Origin: Chryseobacterium gleum
Lineage (GTDB): Bacteria; Bacteroidota; Bacteroidia; Flavobacteriales_D; Sanyastnellaceae
Length of the DNA: 64,000 nucleotides
Direction: 5' to 3'
NCBI GenBank assembly: GCA_945862415.1
Contig: CAMAYP010000002.1
Span: 294-64,293, forward strand
Shown here piece by piece: positions 40,145 to 48,384 of the stretch (position 1 is the stretch's first letter; every line of letters begins with the position of its first letter). The position numbers were made by a program, and so were the translations under genes. Below the pieces are notes generated by a model. That model was not told where the DNA came from and did no database searches. It saw nothing but the letters and a program-made list of their open reading frames with translations.

Positions 40145-41038
40145 CTATCCTAGGTTTATCAGCCATTGCGTGTATTTTCCAATGCCTTCCTGTAATGTGA
40201 TTTTTGGTTCAAACTGAAATTCTCTGAGTTTAGATATATCCGCCCGCCAATTAACAGGGTCACCAATTTTCACTTCACCGGTGAAATCGATCCTTTCTAT
40301 ATGCTTAAACCCTTTGGCGAAAATGCTCACGGCCTCTGAGATTAAACTCTCATTGCCAGAGGCAACATTGATTGTCTCACCCTTGAACGCACCATACCTC
40401 ATAAGAAGATCAATTGCACTCACCAAATCATCGATATAAATGAAGTCTCTACTTTCATTACCCGTTCCGAACAGGCTAATGCCCGAAGAGTTTTTACTCT
40501 TCTGGTATAAGTCCCAGAACAACTGCTTCTTCAGTCCGGGTCCGTAAGCTGAGAATATTCTTAGGCTACACGTTTTTAATCCGAAGAAATGGCTGTATTC
40601 CGTTAAAAGCTTTTCACTTAACATTTTGTGGTACCCGTAAGGGGATAGCGGTCTTAGTTCATCTATCTCCGCTATGGGCAAGACTTTTGGGTTTCCATAA
40701 ACGGCTGCACTAGACAAATTTATAAACTTGCAATCAGGTGCATGATTCTTTATTGCACCCAGCAAGCTTATAACAAGCGACACGTTTAGCTCAAAATCTC
40801 TTTCTGGATATTGATATGAATAGGCCACATTAGCTGAGCCTGCTGCATTAATACAGATATCGATATTCCTACCTTCAAACAAAATTGAGAAGTCATTTCC
40901 AAAACTGGATTTGGAAATGTAATTAACCTCCTGCTTTTGCGCCACATCACAACATATTACATCATGTCCTTGAAGTTGGAAAAAGTCCTTACAATGCGAA
41001 CCAATAAATCCTTCAGAGCCTATTATCAGAATTGTCAT
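40145..41038 (-). CDS. NAD-dependent epimerase/dehydratase (extended SDR)
   Basis: Motifs seen: ILIIGSEGFIGSH (GxxGxxG) and SPYGYHKML (YxxxK). Confidence 0.8.
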   Translation of the reverse strand: MTILIIGSEGFIGSHCKDFFQLQGHDVICCDVAQKQEVNYISKSSFGNDFSILFEGRNIDICINAAGSANVAYSYQYPERDFELNVSLVISLLGAIKNHAPDCKFINLSSAAVYGNPKVLPIAEIDELRPLSPYGYHKMLSEKLLTEYSHFFGLKTCSLRIFSAYGPGLKKQLFWDLYQKSKNSSGISLFGTGNESRDFIYIDDLVSAIDLLMRYGAFKGETINVASGNESLISEAVSIFAKGFKHIERIDFTGEVKIGDPVNWRADISKLREFQFEPKITLQEGIGKYTQWLINLG

Positions 41039-42181
41039 TTAGCTGATTGCATTTAAAAAGTCATTCGCGAATTTTCTGGCGTTGTCTGAATAATCCCTTT
41101 TCACGGGTTGGTGTTGATCGGGGTGGAATTCGATTAATACATCAGCCAATTGAATATGATCTTCCTTTTGAAAAAAAATTACATCATCCAACATTTGTTC
41201 TTTATGCACTTCGATATCAGAAGCAATAACGAATTTATTCATTGCCTTTGCATCCTCAACGACGGTGCTCCATCCCTCGAACAATGATGGCTGAATAACA
41301 GCCATGGCACCACTCAACAATTTCAATTGGTGAGCCCTGTCGATGAAACCAAGAAAAAGTACATTATTCGATAAGTCATTATCGCGAACAAAGCTCTTTA
41401 GCATTTCGGTGTATTCCGGATTTCTATAGTCATATTCCTTTCCGGTAAAAACAACTAATATGTCATCTCTCTTCTGTTTAGCTATTACCACAGCCTTCAA
41501 TAAAGTGAGGTGGTTCTTGTGCTGCCAAAACTGATTAGGCGACATAAAATAGCGCCTTCCAATACCATATTTCAGCATTAATTCTTGCAGGTTCAAATGT
41601 TGGTATTGCGGATGAGTAACAGCAAAATTGACTACATAAGGCTTACATGAATATGTGCTGTAGATTTCATTTAGGTCATTCAGAGCTGCACGACTGCTTA
41701 GTACGAGTCTATCATTAGAGTTGACAAACTGCAGTTGCTGGTTCTTTCTAAGTTCCAACTCCTTTTCGGAAAAAAACGCAGGATAAAAGAAATCTTGAAA
41801 ATCAGGGTACCAATAAACCTTGGTCTTCACATTTCGAAACTTCTCATTGTCGGCGTAGGGAAAAAGAACGTCTATAAATTTCTTATCAAACAAAGTCGAA
41901 AACCTTCTTTTACAATAACTCGGATTGAACCTGAACAGTATTCTTTGCCAGAGATTGTATGGGCTTTGGAACTTTATGTTTATGAATTTCTGATAGGGGT
42001 AATTCAGTTCGACAATGGGTTCACAATCCTTTTCATCTGTGTAAAAGACGACAATCTCCGGCTTTCTTTGGTCATCGATTAATTTCAGGGCTGCGATCAA
42101 ATTGAGCAAATAGTAGCTTCCTCCTATCCAGTTTTCTGAATAGGAAAACAATATACCGACTCTCAACCTTTTCTTACCCAT
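41039..42181 (-). CDS. GT-B fold glycosyltransferase (GT4/GT1-like)
   Basis: I used the ATG at 42181 because the ORF-track start at 42202 is a TTG. The C-terminal region reads LFEGWSTVVEDAKAMNKFVIAS (E-x7-E-like). Confidence 0.6.
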   Translation of the reverse strand: MGKKRLRVGILFSYSENWIGGSYYLLNLIAALKLIDDQRKPEIVVFYTDEKDCEPIVELNYPYQKFINIKFQSPYNLWQRILFRFNPSYCKRRFSTLFDKKFIDVLFPYADNEKFRNVKTKVYWYPDFQDFFYPAFFSEKELELRKNQQLQFVNSNDRLVLSSRAALNDLNEIYSTYSCKPYVVNFAVTHPQYQHLNLQELMLKYGIGRRYFMSPNQFWQHKNHLTLLKAVVIAKQKRDDILVVFTGKEYDYRNPEYTEMLKSFVRDNDLSNNVLFLGFIDRAHQLKLLSGAMAVIQPSLFEGWSTVVEDAKAMNKFVIASDIEVHKEQMLDDVIFFQKEDHIQLADVLIEFHPDQHQPVKRDYSDNARKFANDFLNAIS

Positions 42182-43049
42182 TTGAGTTCTTTTTCGCAAC
42201 AAACGAATACATCCTTCCCGGAATTTCCTCTTCCTTGTGTGGGTTTTTCACCAGGTGATTTACTTTTCTTCCGAAATAGCCCGTCATGAAATTCAGATTA
42301 CCCCAAACCCCGTAGTACTTCTTTATCATCACCCTGACGTTTTCATGGTACTCTTTCTCTTGTCTTTTCTTTTCTTCAATAGAAAGTGGGTAGTAATTAA
42401 TAACGCTATCGAAGTGTTTTAAAACGCTTGTCACGGTTAATCCGGCGTTTTCAAACGCCGTACGATATTCATGAAGGGTAAAGGCGTTTTCTCCTCCGTA
42501 AAAACGTTGCAATAGATGACATTCCAAAAACCAGGCTTTATCACTTTCATTATAAACGACATGATCGCGAACAGTCAAAAACAGACCGTCGCTGCGCAGA
42601 AACCCTGTTAAGTTCTCTATGAATTTATTCAGGTCGTGGGCGTGGTGCATACACTGTCGTGTATAGACCACATCGAATAATTCATTGCCAAGTTCACAAT
42701 TCTCTGCGAAAGATTCAATAACGTTTAGGTCATTCAGAGAATAGTGGTTTTTTAAATATCTGATGGCCCCTGCACCTACAGTGTCACTGGGATCTGGTTC
42801 TATGGATGTTACGCGAAATCCTTCCAAAGCAAAAGCCACAGCACTGACACCATTGCCGCTTCCTACATCCAGAACAGATCGGGCACCCGGGGCATACCGG
42901 CGAATTGTGCGAAGCGTTTCCTGAAACTCCTCGCTTCGTCTAAAGTTTTCAACATTAGAGGGCAAGTCCGACTCCAAATAGGCGGCTTTAACGAGTGTTT
43001 CCCACCCTTCCGTTTTCCTAATGTACTCTATAGTTTCTTCCCAGTTCAT
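42174..43049 (-). CDS. Class I SAM-dependent methyltransferase
   Basis: SAM motif I reads VLDVGSGNGVSAVAFA. The start shares an ATGA overlap with the acetyltransferase stop. Confidence 0.75.
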   Translation of the reverse strand: MNWEETIEYIRKTEGWETLVKAAYLESDLPSNVENFRRSEEFQETLRTIRRYAPGARSVLDVGSGNGVSAVAFALEGFRVTSIEPDPSDTVGAGAIRYLKNHYSLNDLNVIESFAENCELGNELFDVVYTRQCMHHAHDLNKFIENLTGFLRSDGLFLTVRDHVVYNESDKAWFLECHLLQRFYGGENAFTLHEYRTAFENAGLTVTSVLKHFDSVINYYPLSIEEKKRQEKEYHENVRVMIKKYYGVWGNLNFMTGYFGRKVNHLVKNPHKEEEIPGRMYSFVAKKNSNG

Positions 43050-43669
43050 AAATTGTCTTCCAGATTTTTTACGAATCTTGCCGGGTTACCGGCAACCAAG
43101 GTAAATGGGGCAACATCCTTCGTAACAACACTTCCGGCAGCAACTACTGCTCCTTGTCCAATTGTTACACCTTTCAGCACGATTGTGTTGAACCCTACCC
43201 AAGCCTTGTCATGTATTATTATTTTGGCACTTTTGACTACTGACCAATTTTTCAATCCCCCTATCGCGGCATTCTCAACTCCTGCTTTCCAATCACGGAC
43301 ATCATTGCGGCGATCCAACCAATTTAATGAATGTCCATCATTATCGATGAAACTACACCCCCAAGAAATCATTACATCACTTCCTATTTCAATACCTTCG
43401 GCGCAAACGAATAAACTATTTCCAATAAACGACCTGTCTCCAATTAGGATTACGCCTTTATCGTTTTCAATTACATAATTGCCATTTATTAAACAATCAG
43501 AACCTATTGAAATACGTGAACCTTCTATTGCGCAGCGAATCTCGAACTTAGCCTGTTTTGCAATAGTAGCTTCGCCTATTCGCACTCTTGTGTCTATTGT
43601 GCGGAGACCCTCTGATTTAACAGGCCGACTGTTTTTCACTCGTGATATTTGCCACCCAAACAGCTTCAT
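43046..43669 (-). CDS. Hexapeptide-repeat (left-handed beta-helix) O-acetyltransferase
   Basis: There are repeated [LIV]-G-x4 hexapeptides: IGSDCLINGNYV, IGSDVMISWGCSF and VGFNTIVLKGVTIGQGAVVAAGSVVTKDV. Confidence 0.8.
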   Translation of the reverse strand: MKLFGWQISRVKNSRPVKSEGLRTIDTRVRIGEATIAKQAKFEIRCAIEGSRISIGSDCLINGNYVIENDKGVILIGDRSFIGNSLFVCAEGIEIGSDVMISWGCSFIDNDGHSLNWLDRRNDVRDWKAGVENAAIGGLKNWSVVKSAKIIIHDKAWVGFNTIVLKGVTIGQGAVVAAGSVVTKDVAPFTLVAGNPARFVKNLEDNL

Positions 43670-43762
43670 ACATGTGTAAAGTTACTGGATATAGAAGTCA
43701 CCTTCAAAAAAATGTACCCTAGGTTATAGTATGTATTTTTTGCGCCCATTAAATGCTTATTC

Positions 43763-44986
43763 TCAAGGTTTCGATGCGTTTGACCATTCCGGCCTCAGTT
43801 GCACGGGCACCCATCCCTGATACCCCCCAACTACGTTAAAGTATAAAGCCGATTGGGCAACAAATAAACCTTGAGATCCATTCGACTTATCATATAGACC
43901 AATAGTAATTGAATACCTTCCTGTCGAGAACAACAACTCTGTAAACTTTGCAGTAAATGAGACAATCCCTGAAGCATTGGTGATATCCACTTTGTCATTA
44001 AAGTTATATACTTCAGCAAATCCTCGCTGTTCCTTATCGTAAAACGCCAGGTACAAATGCGGTGCTATCGGTCTGAATAACTCCATAGTTATGACTACTT
44101 CTATTTCCTCTCCATACTCAACAACGCAATCATGGTCTGAACTTAAATCTCTGCCTTGAGAAAATAGCTTGACATCCACCAACCGTGCATCAGGAGAACC
44201 TATATAATTAGTGTACTTCTGATCAAATTGCCCATAAAAGGCTGATAGACCGTAGGAAATATCACTTGTATAAGCAATCTGTTTTCCTTTTGAAAGAAGC
44301 AAGACGGACGAGCACATCCGAGAAATCTGAGGCATTGCATGCGAAACAAAAATCATTGCTGTCTTTTGCTTCAATACATCCATTCTATTGATGCACTTCA
44401 AAACAAATCCCATATCGCCTACAGCCAACACTTCATCTATCAACAATATATCAGGTTCCATATGGGCTGCAATGGCAAAACCCAATCTGACTTTCATTCC
44501 AGAACTATAGTTCTGTACCGGTGTATCGATAAAATCCTTCAACTCTGCGAATTCAACTATTGAATCGAACTTACTACCAATTTCGTCTTTCGAAAATCCA
44601 AGAACAGCTCCGTTGTTGTATACGTTTTCGCGTCCGGTTAGAAAGGGGCTGAAACCCGCTCCTAGTTCGATAAGCGCACCCACCTTTCCGTTCATTTCAA
44701 TTCGACCTTTATCGGGGCGAATCAATCCATTCAGCATCTTGAGCAAAGTGCTTTTACCTGCTCCATTATGACCTATAAGCCCAAGACACTCTCCGCGACG
44801 CAATTCGAAATTTAAATCGTGAATCGCCCAAAACTCGTCATGGCGCAATTCCGTAGACTTCTCCATTCCCAGAAACCCCTTCACGATGTCTGAACCACCA
44901 TAAACCAGGCTACGCTTGAGGTTTCTGCAAAATTTCTTTGACAGACCCTCTACCCTCACCAATACTTCACCCTCTGAGTGTTTCAT
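43763..44986 (-). CDS. wzt: Polysaccharide ABC exporter ATP-binding protein (Wzt/TagH type) with a C-terminal extension
   Basis: Walker A is GHNGAGKST, the signature is SSGMKVRLGFA, and Walker B is ILLIDEVLAVGD. About 160 extra beta-rich C-terminal residues follow. Confidence 0.85.
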   Translation of the reverse strand: MKHSEGEVLVRVEGLSKKFCRNLKRSLVYGGSDIVKGFLGMEKSTELRHDEFWAIHDLNFELRRGECLGLIGHNGAGKSTLLKMLNGLIRPDKGRIEMNGKVGALIELGAGFSPFLTGRENVYNNGAVLGFSKDEIGSKFDSIVEFAELKDFIDTPVQNYSSGMKVRLGFAIAAHMEPDILLIDEVLAVGDMGFVLKCINRMDVLKQKTAMIFVSHAMPQISRMCSSVLLLSKGKQIAYTSDISYGLSAFYGQFDQKYTNYIGSPDARLVDVKLFSQGRDLSSDHDCVVEYGEEIEVVITMELFRPIAPHLYLAFYDKEQRGFAEVYNFNDKVDITNASGIVSFTAKFTELLFSTGRYSITIGLYDKSNGSQGLFVAQSALYFNVVGGYQGWVPVQLRPEWSNASKP

Positions 44987-44991
44987 ATTTC

Positions 44992-45831
44992 TTAACTTCC
45001 TGAGCGTTCAACAATAATAGGCAATGCTATTCGCAACATAATCAATCCAAAAAAACAAAGCACCGCTGCAACCATAGTCCAAATCAGAAGTCCGATATGC
45101 GAGCTCATAGCAACCCCTCCCAAAAGCCAACGGCCATGCTCAATCCAGGTAGTGACCGGGTTAAAAATTTGAATTCGACCTAGAAAAGAATCGGAATTAA
45201 CAGCGTATACCACAGGCGACAAATACATCAAAAAAGGCAAAGCCAAATTCAAGGCTCGTGAAATATCGGTGAACAGAATACCGAAGGGTGCGATGAATAT
45301 TCCAATGGAAATCCCGATAAAAATCACACCCACCAACAAGGGGATTAATCCCAACGCTGACAGGGAAGGTGAACCCCCCAAAATAAACAACAAAATGTAG
45401 AGCACCACGAGCTTTAGCGTCATGCTGAAGACCAGATCATAAACAGAGGCAATGGCAAGTGCCTCACGTGGAAAATTAAGTTTGACCATCATAGACATTG
45501 CACTCTTGTAGCGCTGAATGGGCTTGTTGACCGACTCGGAAAATAAAGCCCAGAATGTAGTGCCAATTAGAACAAATGCCGGATATGACATTCCTGTGTC
45601 GGATACCTTAATGACTCGTTGGTTATTTAGAAAAATCCACAACGCGGCTGATGCCAATGGAGGGAGAATAGTCCATGCGTAACCCAGCATCGATGCTTCA
45701 AAACCTGCCTTCAAGTCTCTACGAAACAACCTTAAACCCAGCGCATGACCATCTGCCAGACCACTACAAATGCCCTTGAAAAGCTTCAACAGCGATTCAT
45801 TGTTAGACGGTGTATATATATTCGTGTTCAT
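44992..45831 (-). CDS. wzm: ABC-2 type polysaccharide exporter permease (Wzm)
   Basis: The protein has 6 TM helices and sits immediately upstream of wzt with a 5-nt gap. I preferred the ATG at 45831. The ORF-track GTG at 45867 would overlap the regulator by 13 nt. Confidence 0.8.
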   Translation of the reverse strand: MNTNIYTPSNNESLLKLFKGICSGLADGHALGLRLFRRDLKAGFEASMLGYAWTILPPLASAALWIFLNNQRVIKVSDTGMSYPAFVLIGTTFWALFSESVNKPIQRYKSAMSMMVKLNFPREALAIASVYDLVFSMTLKLVVLYILLFILGGSPSLSALGLIPLLVGVIFIGISIGIFIAPFGILFTDISRALNLALPFLMYLSPVVYAVNSDSFLGRIQIFNPVTTWIEHGRWLLGGVAMSSHIGLLIWTMVAAVLCFFGLIMLRIALPIIVERSGS

Positions 45832-45854
45832 CCCGTTTTTTCGAAACGTATTCG

Positions 45855-46388
45855 TTATTTCTTCCACAATAACAGAGGATGCATATCTGGCTCTTGAATT
45901 TTCGACAAGTCGAATTCACTTTTTCCAAAATGCACATACCGAATTTTCTTTCCAATCTTCATCTCTGCTTTTTCAATCTGCTCAATCAAAAAATTCTTGT
46001 TGATCTTATCACCCACCAGCACAATGTCGATGATCCCCGTGTCTTGACCTTGCGCCAACTTGCCAACCAAATAAACTTCATCCAAGTCTCCGATTCGGGC
46101 GAGAATATAGTCAATCACATGGTTCAACCCGGTCATCTTCATCAAGATTGAATTGAGATCCTTGAAAAGCGGATGGCCAACATTCACCTTGAACATCTTC
46201 TTATTTCCCTCGAGCCTTGCCTCTAAAAATCCGGCCTTCTCAAATCGATTCAATTCTATGCGAATTCCGTTGGTCGATTCACCAAATTCCTCCTCGAGAT
46301 TTCGCAAATACGAGCTGTTGTTGCTGTTGAGAAAAAACTTCATCAGCAATTTCATGCGGGTCTTTGAAGATAGTAGGGCCTCAATCAT
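45855..46388 (-). CDS. Winged-helix (ArsR-like) transcriptional regulator fused to a degenerate minimal nucleotidyltransferase-like domain
   Basis: The N-terminus KTRMKLLMKFFLNSNNSSYLRNLEEEFGESTNGIRIELNRFEKAGFL reads as a wHTH. The C-terminus LVGKLAQGQDTGIIDIVLVGD resembles the hG[GS]x9-13DxD motif, but with GK and D-I-V in place of the consensus residues. Confidence 0.55.
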   Translation of the reverse strand: MIEALLSSKTRMKLLMKFFLNSNNSSYLRNLEEEFGESTNGIRIELNRFEKAGFLEARLEGNKKMFKVNVGHPLFKDLNSILMKMTGLNHVIDYILARIGDLDEVYLVGKLAQGQDTGIIDIVLVGDKINKNFLIEQIEKAEMKIGKKIRYVHFGKSEFDLSKIQEPDMHPLLLWKK

Positions 46389-46411
46389 AATTGAGTAACA
46401 AAATTACTCAA
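46380..46411. promoter_or_regulatory. Nested inverted repeats (TTGAG/CTCAA half-sites) spanning the regulator start codon
   Basis: CTCAAT (46380-85), cata, ATTGAG (46390-95). In addition, TTGAGTAA (46391-98), caaaa, TTACTCAA (46404-11) form a perfect 8-bp inverted repeat. The regulator ATG is the complement of 46386-46388. Confidence 0.5.
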
Positions 46412-46547
46412 AATCGTATAGAATCCTACTATCCAATCAGAAGCAATTCAGTAAACGGAACCACCGGATTCGCTACTCAACGCTTCCTGTTGACAACTCA
46501 GGGGGAACGGGTATGCATGCGTGCATGCGAAAACTATTTTCGATACC

Positions 46548-47111
46548 ATGGTAAGCTATCTCGACCTCTTTCTGCTCATACCCATCGGTCTTGCCATTTG
46601 GCGCGGTTGGCGCAATGGCTTCGTGATGGAGGTATTCTCGATGCTTGCCCTTTTTGTTGGTCTTTACGCAGGTGTGCACCTAAGCGACTGGATGGCGAAC
46701 TTCCTGCGTTCTAAGTTCGACATGAATTCGGAGAGTTTGCCAATCGTATCGTTTGTAGTTGTGCTGGTGCTGGTGTTTGTAGGGCTTTACTTCATGGGCA
46801 AACTTATCACCAAAACCGTGAGTGCCGGTGGCGCAGAGCGCTGGAACCAAATTGGAGGAGCCTTCTTTTCACTCAACAAAACATTGTTGTTCCTGAGCAT
46901 TGTATTTGTGATGTTCAATGCGCTCGATCGGAAATATGGATGGCTACCCAACAAGCAAAAGCAACACTCCTACTTCTACGAGCCCATCTATAACTTCTCA
47001 CTTTTTCTTCTGCCTTCCATGGAGAAGAGCGAATTCTTTAAAAAGCTGGAGGCAGACCAACTTGCACCCTTGATTGTTGCGCAGGAGGAAATACCGGCCG
47101 AGAAAAAGTAA
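46548..47111 (+). CDS. cvpA: CvpA-family membrane protein
   Basis: The start was moved to the ATG at 46548. The motif MVSYLDLFLLIPIGLAIWRGWRNGFVMEVF is CvpA-like. There are 4 TM helices. Confidence 0.75.
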   Translation: MVSYLDLFLLIPIGLAIWRGWRNGFVMEVFSMLALFVGLYAGVHLSDWMANFLRSKFDMNSESLPIVSFVVVLVLVFVGLYFMGKLITKTVSAGGAERWNQIGGAFFSLNKTLLFLSIVFVMFNALDRKYGWLPNKQKQHSYFYEPIYNFSLFLLPSMEKSEFFKKLEADQLAPLIVAQEEIPAEKK

Positions 47112-47257
47112 GCGGAGCATAAAGAGGATAGCTGTTAAAGTCCACAGAGTTGAGGACTTTGCGCGACATCCACCGCTCAAAACCTGCCTTTAGTCAGCCC
47201 ATTCGCCAATTGCCGCTCCAATTTGGAACCTTTGCGCATTCAAGTTGTTTTACATGC

Positions 47258-48373
47258 ATGATTGGGGTTGAGTTCCATCGTTACATACCGGAAGAAGACA
47301 AGCGAACGCCGTTCGACAAGTTGCTGCCGTTGTTTATTGAGCTTCTCAATTACACGAATGGCGACCCCAACGAGGCCCTCGATTTCATGGAGGAAATCGA
47401 CCGTCAGCGCCCACTTTTCTCGGACACCTACACCCGCGACGACTTTGAGCAGGAGTTGAAGCGCAAAGGCTACTTGCGCGAGAAATATGAAGCCGGACAA
47501 AAAGGAGGCAAGGGCAAGGGTGGCGGACTAACCGCCAAAAGCGAGCAGGCAATGCGCCAGCGCAACCTCGACCAGCTTTTCGGCAAAATGAAAAAGTCGC
47601 AACAAGGCAGTCATAAAACGAAGCAAGCCGGCAGCGGCGATGAAGCCACCGAACTAAGACGACCGTTTGTTTTCGGCGATAAGCCCGATCAGATTCTCAT
47701 GACCGAATCGATGCGCAATGCGCAAATAGCGCATGGTGTTCACGACTTCATGCTCACCGAAAACGACTTAGAGGTATTTGAAACGGAATACCTCGCACAA
47801 GCATCGACGGTGCTTATGATCGACATTTCGCACAGCATGATATTGTATGGTGAAGACCGCATTACGCCGGCCAAGAAAGTAGCCATGGCACTTTCGGAAT
47901 TCATCATGACGCGCTACCCCAAAGACTCACTCGACATCGTAGTATTTGGCGACGATGCTTGGCCCGTGAGGGTGAAAGACTTGCCTTATCTGCAAGTTGG
48001 CCCCTATCACACAAACACGGTTGCAGGCCTTGAACTAGCTATGGAAATACTTCGTCGCAAACGTTCAGGTAACAAACAGATTTTTATGATTACCGATGGA
48101 AAGCCATCGTGTTTAAAAGAAAACGGACAGTACTATAAAAACTCGTTCGGTCTTGATCCATATATAACAGGCAAGTGCCTGAACTTGGCACGTGCATGCC
48201 GAAAGAAAAAAATTCCAATTACCACGTTCATGATTGCGCAAGACAGCTACTTGCAGCAATTCATTGAAGAATTCACGGAAGCCAATGGCGGCAAGGCTCT
48301 TTTCACGGGGCTCGATGCATTGGGAGACAGTATACTCAGCGACTATGAGCGCAACCGCAAAAAACGAATCTGA
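47258..48373 (+). CDS. VWA (von Willebrand factor A) domain protein with an intact MIDAS
   Basis: The start was moved to the ATG at 47258. There is an N-terminal helical region and a Gly/Lys linker, GQKGGKGKGGGL. MIDAS elements seen: VLMIDISHS (DxSxS), HTNTVAG and FMITDGKPS. Confidence 0.8.
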   Translation: MIGVEFHRYIPEEDKRTPFDKLLPLFIELLNYTNGDPNEALDFMEEIDRQRPLFSDTYTRDDFEQELKRKGYLREKYEAGQKGGKGKGGGLTAKSEQAMRQRNLDQLFGKMKKSQQGSHKTKQAGSGDEATELRRPFVFGDKPDQILMTESMRNAQIAHGVHDFMLTENDLEVFETEYLAQASTVLMIDISHSMILYGEDRITPAKKVAMALSEFIMTRYPKDSLDIVVFGDDAWPVRVKDLPYLQVGPYHTNTVAGLELAMEILRRKRSGNKQIFMITDGKPSCLKENGQYYKNSFGLDPYITGKCLNLARACRKKKIPITTFMIAQDSYLQQFIEEFTEANGGKALFTGLDALGDSILSDYERNRKKRI

Positions 48374-48384
48374 TAAACCAAGCA

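Noticed and set aside
46391-46714. The ORF-track + strand ORF (107 aa), and the GTG start at 46521 for the cvpA ORF.
   Set aside because: The 107-aa ORF is out of frame with cvpA and overlaps it. The CvpA-like sequence and its first TM helix begin at the ATG at 46548. The upstream part covers promoter and operator-like DNA.
47137-47160. Hairpin AAAGTCC-N10-GGACTTT after cvpA, considered as a terminator.
   Set aside because: The stem is only 7 bp with a 10-nt loop and no downstream T-run. The evidence is too weak to call it a terminator.
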